This document shows, in pieces, positions 28,870-36,530 of a stretch of DNA of 64,000 nt. Numbering within the stretch: the first letter of the stretch is position 1; each line of letters opens with the position of its first letter. The notes under the pieces are model-generated. The model worked only from the letters and a program-made list of their open reading frames with translations, was not told where the DNA came from and did no database searches. Where the stretch lies: contig WFOA01000010.1 of assembly GCA_015488325.1 (NCBI GenBank), positions 15,945 to 79,944 on the forward strand. Direction: 5' to 3'. Source of the DNA: Acidimicrobiia bacterium. GTDB taxonomy: Bacteria; Actinomycetota; Acidimicrobiia; Spongiisociales; ZC4RG35. A program made the position numbers and the translations under genes.

Positions 28870-29794
28870 GCGCGGCCCCCACGGCGCCGACCACCGCCAG
28901 CACCCCGGTGACCGCCGCCGCGCCCACCCCGGCCCACCACCAGGCGGCGACGACCGCGCCACATAGGAGCGCCTGCGCCCCGGCGGCCACGAACACGACC
29001 GTCGGCACGCTCCACCCCCGGTCGGCCAGCCGGTCGTAGAGATGGGACCGGTCCCCTTGGAACAGGGGCATCCCCGCCCTCCGCCGTCGCAGCACCGTCG
29101 AGACGAGGTCGACGAGGAACACGCCGAGCAACGAGCCGCCGGCGACCATCCCGACCACGTCTTCGCCTCCCAGCCGGACACCGGAGGCCACGAGCATCAG
29201 GCCGACCAGGTAGCTGCCGTTGTCCCCGAGGAACACCCGCGCCGGATGCCAGTTGAAGACACCGAACCCGACCAAGGCGGCACCGAGGGCGACTTCGGCA
29301 CCGAGATCCGCTCCCGACGTCGACCCGACCAGCCCCATCGCCACCAGCGTCACCAGGGCCACCGACGCGACCAACCCGTCGAGGCCGTCGAAGAGGTTCA
29401 CGGCGTTGATCCCCACCACCACGCCGGCGGCGACGAGGGCACCGCCGACGGGTCCGACCCCGAGAGCCCAGGCCACGAGCACCCCGGCGACGGCTTCGAC
29501 GGCGAGCCTGAGCACCGGGGGCAGGCCTCTGCGGTCGTCGACCAGCCCCAACGCGACCACCAGCCCTGCCGCGACCATCAGCCTCGGGGAGGGACGTCCG
29601 GTGAGTATCGACGAGACGACGAGGGCGCCGTACAGCCCCACCCCTCCGAGGGGCACCGCCGGGACCGTGTGGACTTTCAGGGCCTCCCCGGGTCGGTCGA
29701 CGATCCCCAGTCGGGGGCCGAGCGCCGGTGCGATCGCCGACCACCCGGCGGAGACGACTGCGGCGGCGAGCCCTCCGGCGATCAGGCCGACCAC
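28856..29794 (-). CDS. Polyprenyl-phosphate N-acetylhexosamine-1-phosphate transferase (WecA/MraY family, GT4 phosphoglycosyl transferase)
   Basis: Conserved INAVNLFDGLDGL and VFLGDNGSYLVG motifs. Proposed GTG start at 29794 has GGAGGT 7 nt upstream; the long Arg-rich extension to 30619 is junk overlapping the next gene. Confidence 0.8.
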   Translation of the reverse strand: MVGLIAGGLAAAVVSAGWSAIAPALGPRLGIVDRPGEALKVHTVPAVPLGGVGLYGALVVSSILTGRPSPRLMVAAGLVVALGLVDDRRGLPPVLRLAVEAVAGVLVAWALGVGPVGGALVAAGVVVGINAVNLFDGLDGLVASVALVTLVAMGLVGSTSGADLGAEVALGAALVGFGVFNWHPARVFLGDNGSYLVGLMLVASGVRLGGEDVVGMVAGGSLLGVFLVDLVSTVLRRRRAGMPLFQGDRSHLYDRLADRGWSVPTVVFVAAGAQALLCGAVVAAWWWAGVGAAAVTGVLAVVGAVGAALKWG

Positions 29795-31554
29795 ACCAGC
29801 ACCTCCGAGGTCTCGCCGCGGTGGACTTCGATCGTCCCCACCGGTTCGAACCCCATCTTCCGGTAGGCGGCGATCGCCGCCGAGTTGTCGGCGCCCACGA
29901 CCACCTTCACCTTCCCCACGCGGCTCATCGCGGTGAGGAGCTCCCGTCCCAGAACGGTGCCGATCCCTCGACCGCGCCGATCCGCCACCACCGCCATCGA
30001 CACCAGTTCGGCGTCGACGCCGACGTCGCCGCCTTCGTAACGGAAGGTCTCCCAGGCCCGCCGCAGCATCGTCGGGCGCAGCAACCGAGGTGCGGCCGCC
30101 ACGACCGCCCGGATCCCGAAGCGACGGACGAAGGAACGGTAGAAGGCGCCGATGTCGGCGACGCCGGCGACGAACCCGACCGGCCCGCACTCGTCCTCGG
30201 CGACGAGCACGACGGCGTCTTCGTGTTCCACGAGCGCACGGTAGAGGAGTGTCATGAACCGGCGTCCCAGACGGGGCAGGAAACCGGTGGAGATCGCTTG
30301 CGCGTGCAGGACGGCCAGGAAACGGGTGTCCCCTTCGTCGGCCCGCCGGACCCGGACCTCGCCGGAAGGTCCGTCGCCGAGGGCGGCCGCCAGCCGGTCC
30401 AGGCCTTTGGTGAGGGCGAGCTCCCGATAGGTGGAGAGGACGATCTCGACGACCCTGTCCTCGTCGAAGAGCCGTCTGGCCCGTTCGCGCCCGGCCCGGC
30501 CCATCCGAGAGGCCAGCTCCGGGTCGTCCCCGATGGTCCGGATCGCCCGGGCCAGGGACCGGGCGTCGGAGACGGGGACGAGGAGGCCGTTCTCGCCGTC
30601 GGCGACGACCTCCCGGCATCCCCGGATGTCGGTGGCGACGATGGGCAGGCCCATGGCGGCAGCCTCCATCGCCGCCCGGGGGAAGCCTTCACGGTGCGAC
30701 GGGAGCACGAACACGTCCATCGTCGGGTAGAGGGCATCGACGTCGGTGCGCATCCCCAGGAACCGGACGCCGTTCGCCTTCGCCCGTTCGATCATCGCGT
30801 CGCCGAGGTCGTCCGCCTTTTCGGGGTCCCGGGGCCCGATGCAGACCACCACGTACCGGTCGTCGAGGAGTCGGGCGGCCTCGAAGAGCTCCGGGTAGCC
30901 CTTCTCCGCCACCATCCGCCCCACCATGCCCACCACCACCGCGTCCGACGGGATGCCGAGCTCGGCACGCATCCGATCCCGATGGGACCGGTCGTACCGG
31001 GCGGGATCGAACCGGGCGAGGTCGACACCGTTGCCGAGATGCCGTGTCCGAGCCCGGGGTGCGAGACGCAGCCTGTGGGCCAGTTCGAGATCCTCCGCGC
31101 TCTGATAGAGCTCGGCGTCGGAGAACCGGGAGGCGACGAACTCCAGGGCGTAGACGACCAGGCGTTTCAGCGGTGGATCGTCGGGGGCCGCGTAGAAGCC
31201 GTGCACCGTGTTGACGACGACGGGCACGCCGGCCACACGGCCGAGGATCCGACCGTAGACGCCGGGTTTGGGGTTGTGGGTGTGCAGCACGTCCGGTCGG
31301 AGCCGCCTCAGCACCCTCCAGAGCTGGGCGGCTGCCCGCAGGTCGGCGCCGAGGCTCATCCCACGTGTCGACGCCGACAGTGCCACATGTTCGATGCCTG
31401 CCGCCTCCAGCTCGGCCACCCAGGGGCCGGGAGAGGAGATCCCCACCGACCGGATGTCCCTCTGGAGGGGTGCGAGGAGCTGGGGGAACACCAGGTAGCG
31501 GAGGGACAGGTCCACCGTCGTCAGGTGGGCGATCACCGGGCGCCGATCAGCCAT
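29782..31554 (-). CDS. Bifunctional glycosyltransferase family 4 / GNAT acetyltransferase fusion
   Basis: N-terminal about 380 aa GT4 (EGFPRAAMEAAAMGLPIVATDIRGCREVV). C-terminal about 200 aa GNAT-like (FLAVLHAQAIS ... GRGIGTVLGRELLTAMSRVGKVKVVVGADNSAAIAAYRKMGF). Confidence 0.8.
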   Translation of the reverse strand: MADRRPVIAHLTTVDLSLRYLVFPQLLAPLQRDIRSVGISSPGPWVAELEAAGIEHVALSASTRGMSLGADLRAAAQLWRVLRRLRPDVLHTHNPKPGVYGRILGRVAGVPVVVNTVHGFYAAPDDPPLKRLVVYALEFVASRFSDAELYQSAEDLELAHRLRLAPRARTRHLGNGVDLARFDPARYDRSHRDRMRAELGIPSDAVVVGMVGRMVAEKGYPELFEAARLLDDRYVVVCIGPRDPEKADDLGDAMIERAKANGVRFLGMRTDVDALYPTMDVFVLPSHREGFPRAAMEAAAMGLPIVATDIRGCREVVADGENGLLVPVSDARSLARAIRTIGDDPELASRMGRAGRERARRLFDEDRVVEIVLSTYRELALTKGLDRLAAALGDGPSGEVRVRRADEGDTRFLAVLHAQAISTGFLPRLGRRFMTLLYRALVEHEDAVVLVAEDECGPVGFVAGVADIGAFYRSFVRRFGIRAVVAAAPRLLRPTMLRRAWETFRYEGGDVGVDAELVSMAVVADRRGRGIGTVLGRELLTAMSRVGKVKVVVGADNSAAIAAYRKMGFEPVGTIEVHRGETSEVLVWSA

Positions 31555-33658
31555 CGATCGTGCTCCTCAGGACCTGCTCGTACCGGTCGATGCTCGCACC
31601 CATCGTGTACCTGCGGGCCAGCTCCCGGGCGGCGGCACCCATCCGGCGGCGACGCTCGGGATCCGCGGCGAGGTTCTTCAGGGCGGCGGCGGCACCTTCG
31701 ACGTCCCCGGGCCGGACCAGGATCCCCGTCGTACCGTCGGTCACCACTTCGGGGGTGCCTCCCACCCGGGTCGCCACCACCGGACGTCCCGCCGCCGCGG
31801 CCTCCAGCACGACGCCGGGGAGCCCTTCGGTGCGGGAGGTGGACAACAGCACGTCCGCCCATCCGAACAGCTCTTCCATCTCCGCCGCCGAACCGAGGAC
31901 CTCGATCCGGGGACCCGCCGCCGCCTCGACTTCGGTGCGCAACGGGCCGTCACCGGCGATCTTCGCCCACACGTCGGCGTCGGCCGCGGCGAGGTTGATC
32001 GCCTGCACCGCCGTCAGCGGGTCCTTCTCCGTGGACAGGGCGCCGGCCACCAGCACCCGCAGCTCGGGGTGCGGGAGGGGCGGGTCCAGCTCGAACCAGT
32101 GGTCGGGCACGCCGGTGGGCGCGACCGTGACCCGGTCGGGGGCCACACCCATCGAGTCGATGAGCTGGCTGCGGGTGGCCTCCGACACGGCGGTGATCCG
32201 GTCGCAACGTCCGAGGAGGTACCGCTGGATCCGAGCGTGCCACGGGCCCCGCACCCAGTACCGGGGTTCACCGATCGACGAGTAGACGACGCGGGGACGC
32301 CCGGGCATGAACCTGGTGGCGGCGACGACGGTCCGCAGGGTGGCTCCTCCGTTGGCCAGGACGACGTCGGGCCGGCGCCGCCGGAGGAGCCTGCGCAACA
32401 GCCGTGGCAGCGCCACGTCGGAGACGTCGGCTCCCCCGACGGCGTCGTCCACCTGGACCCGGGGGTCGGATCCGCCGGCTCTGAGGGCCACCAGGCTCGC
32501 CTTCCATCCCCGTGCCCGCAGGCCCTCGACGAGACGTTCACCGAACACTTCGGCGCCGCGTCGCCGATCGGAGCTGACCAGCACCATCACCGACCCGAAC
32601 CGGTCCCCCTTCGAGGCGACGACCCGCCGACGCCAGCGCGGGTAGGCGCGGGGGGCCCGCAGCGCCAGCACCGCCCGGTCGAGCCGTCGGTCGGCGTGGA
32701 GGGTGACCGCCAGGTTGAGGAGATGGGGCCTCTTCCCGTCGAACCGCACCAGGTCGGTGCGGGGGAGCAACTCCCGGGCGACCCGGAGGGGGAGACCGCC
32801 GGTGGAGGTCTCCGCCAACACCTCCCCGGGTACGGCGGCTCCCAGGGCGGAGGCGACGCTCCAGGCCAGATGCCCGAACCCGGCCAGGCCGTGGTCGTGG
32901 GCGAAGCGGACCGCCGTCTCCCAGTCGAGGCCGTGCCGGGCGACTTCGACGAGGTCACGGAACAGCACCAGCCGGAACCGATGATCCAAGAGGGCGTGGG
33001 TACACAGGAACGCCGCCACGACCTCGTCGGGCAGCAGCCACCCGAGGTGGGTCTGGTCCGGCTCGGGGGGACGTGCCCGCTCCCACGCCTGCTCGGTCGC
33101 TCCGGCGGCGCGGCCGCGGAGTTGACGGTACGAGAAGAGGTCCCAGTGCAGGTCGACGTTGAAGACCACCCCGGAGGGGTCGCGGAACGGGATGTCCCGT
33201 TTGTCGGCTCTCGGTCGCTTCGGTGGAATCCCCAGACATTCGGGGTCGGAGGCGACGATCTCAAGGGTGCGACCGAGTTCGGCGGACGGGACGACCAGAT
33301 CGAGGTCGGTGAAGATCCGCTGGCCCGGGGTCGGGTAGAGCCGGTCCGCCAGCGCGGGCCCCTTCACCACCGCCGCTCGGATGCCGGCGGCGGCGAGGCG
33401 TTCCATGAGGCGACGGAGGCTGCGGCGCATCACGATGCCCAGGGCGACCGCCCGGGTCTGCACGGTGGACAGCTCGTGGCGATCGACGACGTCGCCGGGG
33501 GTGAGCAGGCCGACCAGACCGTGGCTACAGGCGAGTTCGAAGACGGCGCCGTCGACCGACCCGGCCGGGCGTTCCCATCCTGCCGCCACCGCCGCCAGCA
33601 CCCGTTCGGCGGGATCGGCCGCGAACAGCCATCCTTCGTTCGGTTCGGTGCCCCTCAC
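31547..33658 (-). CDS. Fusion protein: N-terminal uncharacterised nucleotidyltransferase-like domain (NTP_transf_5-like) + C-terminal glycosyltransferase family 4
   Basis: N-terminal region with FTDLDLVVP-type motif. C-terminal GT4 motif EGLPGVVLEAAAAGRPVVATRVGGTPEVVTDGTTG. First gene of a 3-gene minus-strand operon; stops overlap downstream starts. Confidence 0.75.
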   Translation of the reverse strand: MRGTEPNEGWLFAADPAERVLAAVAAGWERPAGSVDGAVFELACSHGLVGLLTPGDVVDRHELSTVQTRAVALGIVMRRSLRRLMERLAAAGIRAAVVKGPALADRLYPTPGQRIFTDLDLVVPSAELGRTLEIVASDPECLGIPPKRPRADKRDIPFRDPSGVVFNVDLHWDLFSYRQLRGRAAGATEQAWERARPPEPDQTHLGWLLPDEVVAAFLCTHALLDHRFRLVLFRDLVEVARHGLDWETAVRFAHDHGLAGFGHLAWSVASALGAAVPGEVLAETSTGGLPLRVARELLPRTDLVRFDGKRPHLLNLAVTLHADRRLDRAVLALRAPRAYPRWRRRVVASKGDRFGSVMVLVSSDRRRGAEVFGERLVEGLRARGWKASLVALRAGGSDPRVQVDDAVGGADVSDVALPRLLRRLLRRRRPDVVLANGGATLRTVVAATRFMPGRPRVVYSSIGEPRYWVRGPWHARIQRYLLGRCDRITAVSEATRSQLIDSMGVAPDRVTVAPTGVPDHWFELDPPLPHPELRVLVAGALSTEKDPLTAVQAINLAAADADVWAKIAGDGPLRTEVEAAAGPRIEVLGSAAEMEELFGWADVLLSTSRTEGLPGVVLEAAAAGRPVVATRVGGTPEVVTDGTTGILVRPGDVEGAAAALKNLAADPERRRRMGAAARELARRYTMGASIDRYEQVLRSTIDG

Positions 33659-33812
33659 CCCGGCCTTCCCTCGTCTCGATGCCTGCCGGGGCGAACGATG
33701 GCGTCACCCGCCCCGGTGCCTCCTTAGAGTACCGGCGGGCAGCCGGCCCGAAAGGGGGTACCGGGCGGCCGCCGCCCAGACGACCAGCGGACGACCAGGA
33801 GGATCCCAGCCC

Positions 33813-34409
33813 GTGACGACCCTCACCGCCGCCGACGGGACGGTGTTGGAGGCCCGATGGGACGGCCCCGCAGACGCCGGGATGGCGGTTGTGTTCTGCC
33901 ATCCCCATCCCGGTTACGGGGGGACCATGACCGCCCCCCTCATGAACGGTGTCACCGACGGGCTCACGGCGAGGGGTTTCGCCGTCCTCCGCTTCAACTT
34001 CCGTGGTGTCGGCGAGTCGGGCGGGCACCACGACGACGGCGAAGGAGAGGTCGCCGACGTCGCCGCGGCGGTCGCCGCCGCCGAGGCCCGCCACCCCCGG
34101 GTCTCGGTGTGCGGCTGGTCCTTCGGGGCGGCGATGGCCCTGGGTTGGATGGCCCGGTCCCGACGGGCTCTCCCCTTCGTCGGGATCGCCCCGCCCCCTC
34201 AGCTCTGCCCTCCGCCCGACGAGGTACCGCCCGGTCCGAAGCTCATCGTCGTCGGCGACCGTGAACAGGTGATCGACCTCGACGCCCTCCGCGCCTACGC
34301 CGCCGCCATCGGGGCGACGGTCGAGACGCTCGTCGGCTCGGACCATTTCTTCGTGTTCCGCCACACCCAGGTGGCGGAGATGGTGGCCGGTTTCCTCAGC
34401 GCGGAGTGA
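33813..34409 (+). CDS. Alpha/beta hydrolase (COG2945-like)
   Basis: GTG start with AGGAGG 10 nt upstream. HPHPGYGG motif and nucleophile elbow GWSFG. The track's long N-terminal extension is Arg/Ser-rich junk. Confidence 0.7.
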   Translation: MTTLTAADGTVLEARWDGPADAGMAVVFCHPHPGYGGTMTAPLMNGVTDGLTARGFAVLRFNFRGVGESGGHHDDGEGEVADVAAAVAAAEARHPRVSVCGWSFGAAMALGWMARSRRALPFVGIAPPPQLCPPPDEVPPGPKLIVVGDREQVIDLDALRAYAAAIGATVETLVGSDHFFVFRHTQVAEMVAGFLSAE

Positions 34410-34599
34410 ATCCGCGGTTTCGAGCCTCGGCGAGCTCGTCCGGTCCGAAGGACGCCAACAGGTTCCGCCCGAGCAGGTCGTCGGCTTCCACCCTGGCCTC
34501 GAGCAGCTCGTACTGTCGGGGATCGTCGGTGTCATAGACCACCATGTCGTCGCGGGTTCCCACGTAGCGGTGGTGCTCGAACCTCCGCAGCCGGGGCAT
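34396..34599 (-). CDS. Small hypothetical protein (67 aa)
   Basis: MPRLRRFEHHRYVGTRDDMVVYDTDDPRQYELLEARVEADDLLGRNLLASFGPDELAEARNRGFTPR. Its ATG overlaps the zinc-ribbon stop codon (GTGATG). The rest of the long ORF in this frame is Arg-rich junk. Weak support. Confidence 0.35.
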   Translation of the reverse strand: MPRLRRFEHHRYVGTRDDMVVYDTDDPRQYELLEARVEADDLLGRNLLASFGPDELAEARNRGFTPR

Positions 34600-34901
34600 C
34601 ACTCCTCCCCTCCCCGACCGGTCGGCACCTCGGCTCCGCAGTTCGGGCAGGTGGCGACGGCGATGTCGCCGACGATGAAACGGAACTCGCATTCGGGACA
34701 CTGCACCCGGGGCGATGGCGGTTCGGGCCGCGGAGGAGGCGGAGGCGACGTGTATCCCGGGGGTGCCCCGGCCGCCTGGCCCGGTCCGGGCCGAGCTCCG
34801 GCGGCCCTCACCGCGTTCACCGACCCGCAGGCCGGACAGGAGAACTTCCCGGGACCGGGCACCTCGAACTGCGTGTGGCATGCTCCGCACCGTACGATCA
34901 T
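34599..34901 (-). CDS. Double zinc-ribbon protein
   Basis: Two CxxC...CxxC pairs (CGACHTQF...CPACG and CPECEF...CPNCG) separated by a Pro-rich linker. Confidence 0.6.
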   Translation of the reverse strand: MIVRCGACHTQFEVPGPGKFSCPACGSVNAVRAAGARPGPGQAAGAPPGYTSPPPPPRPEPPSPRVQCPECEFRFIVGDIAVATCPNCGAEVPTGRGGEE

Positions 34902-35338
34902 CCTTCACCTCCCACCGGCTCGCCGACCGCCCCGATCGCCGCCAGATACTCGGCCTCCAGGGCCAGCACGGCGACGACGTCGTCCCGAGGGTAGGAGACG
35001 CCGTGACGGAGGGCGATCTGGTCCATGATGTACTCGACGGCCGCCGGGGCGCCGCCGGCCGTGACCTCCACCGGGGTGCGTCGACGCCTCTGGGCGAGCC
35101 CCTGGAGGTAGTAGACCTCCCATTCGATGATCCGGCGGATGTCGGAACGTCTGAGACGTGCCGCCAGCTCGGAGTCGAGCCGCTCGTGGATGAAGGCGAC
35201 GGCGTCTTCCACGACGTACACGGGTTCGATCGGACCCGAACTGCGACGTTTGGCCTCCTGGTAGACGAGGGCGGCGACGATGAAGAAGAAGATCGCCGCC
35301 AACAGACCGGCGAGGGCGACGGTGGTGACCCCGGACAT
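34898..35338 (-). CDS. Hypothetical membrane-anchored protein (single N-terminal TM)
   Basis: MSGVTTVALAGLLAAIFFFIVAALVYQEAKRR, then a soluble domain of about 110 aa. Its stop overlaps the start of the zinc-ribbon gene (ATGA). Confidence 0.55.
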   Translation of the reverse strand: MSGVTTVALAGLLAAIFFFIVAALVYQEAKRRSSGPIEPVYVVEDAVAFIHERLDSELAARLRRSDIRRIIEWEVYYLQGLAQRRRRTPVEVTAGGAPAAVEYIMDQIALRHGVSYPRDDVVAVLALEAEYLAAIGAVGEPVGGEG

Positions 35339-35370
35339 GGTCTGAACTGTAGATGTCTTCCGGCCGGATC

Positions 35371-36480
35371 TCAGAGCCCGATCCGGTCGGCCAGGAGCCG
35401 CCGATGGTGGGCGGGGTCCCCGAACATGAGCTGGGTGCTCTTGGCCCGGCGAAAGTACAGGTGGGCGTCGTGTTCCCAGGTGAAGCCGATGCCGCCGTGG
35501 ACCTGGATGTTCTCACCGGCGCAGAACAGGGCCGCTTCGGAACAGTACGACTTGGCGAGGGGGGCGAGCTCGTCGAGTTCGTCGTCGCCTGCCGCCAGGG
35601 CGACGGCGGCCGCGGAGGCGGCGGCGCGGGCCGACTCGGCCTGGACCAGCATGTCGGCGCAGGTGTGCTTCACCGCCTGGAAGGACCCGATCGGCCGCCC
35701 GAACTGGTGTCGTTCTTTGGCGTAGGACACCGCCATGTCGAGGCAGCGTTCGGCGAGGCCGACCTGTTCGGCGGCGAGGGCCACCGACCCGACCTTCACC
35801 GCCCGTTCCAACAGGTCCTCACCGGCCGCCGGGAGCCGGGCGTCGTCGGGGACCTCCACCCCGTCGAAGCGGACATCGGCGAGGGCCCGGGTGAGGTCGA
35901 GGGCGTCGAGACGGCGGCGTTCGGCCGCCGCAGCCGGGACGACGAACCACGAGACCCCGTCGCCGGTCCGGGCCGCCACCAGGTAGTCGTCCGCCACGTG
36001 CCCGTGGGCGACGTAGCGCTTCGTCCCGGTGATGACCCATCCGTCGTCGGCGGCGACGGCTTCGGTGGCGACACCTGCGGGTTCCCACTCCCCCGTCGTC
36101 TCGGTGACGGCGGGAACGACGATCCGTGTCCCGTCGGCGATGCCGGGGAGCAGGGATTCCTTGTGGGCGTCGGAACCGCCGGTGAGCAGAAGGTCGGCGG
36201 CGAGTACCGCCGAGAACAGGTAGGGGGTCGGGTCGAGGGCACGACCCATCTCTTCGATCAGCACCGCCGCTTCGAGGTGTCCGAACCCCGCCCCTCCGTA
36301 CTCCTCGGGGATCAGCATCGCCTGCCATCCCATGGCAGCCATCTCGTCCCAGTGGGCGCGGTCGAACCCTTCGGGGAGGTCGATGACCCGCCGCAGCTCC
36401 GCGGAGGGGAGGCGTTCGGAGAACCAGCGCCGGGCGACGCGCGCCAGTTCCTGTTGTTCCTCGCCGAAGGCGACTCCCAT
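35371..36480 (-). CDS. Acyl-CoA dehydrogenase
   Basis: Real start MGVAFGEEQQELARVARRWF (ATG at 36480, GGAAGGAG upstream). ACAD C-terminal motifs QVHGGIGFTWE. Confidence 0.85.
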   Translation of the reverse strand: MGVAFGEEQQELARVARRWFSERLPSAELRRVIDLPEGFDRAHWDEMAAMGWQAMLIPEEYGGAGFGHLEAAVLIEEMGRALDPTPYLFSAVLAADLLLTGGSDAHKESLLPGIADGTRIVVPAVTETTGEWEPAGVATEAVAADDGWVITGTKRYVAHGHVADDYLVAARTGDGVSWFVVPAAAAERRRLDALDLTRALADVRFDGVEVPDDARLPAAGEDLLERAVKVGSVALAAEQVGLAERCLDMAVSYAKERHQFGRPIGSFQAVKHTCADMLVQAESARAAASAAAVALAAGDDELDELAPLAKSYCSEAALFCAGENIQVHGGIGFTWEHDAHLYFRRAKSTQLMFGDPAHHRRLLADRIGL

Positions 36481-36530
36481 GTCGGCTCCTTCCCCGGGGC
36501 CAGCACAGGTTAGCGGTCGTTCACCGCCCT

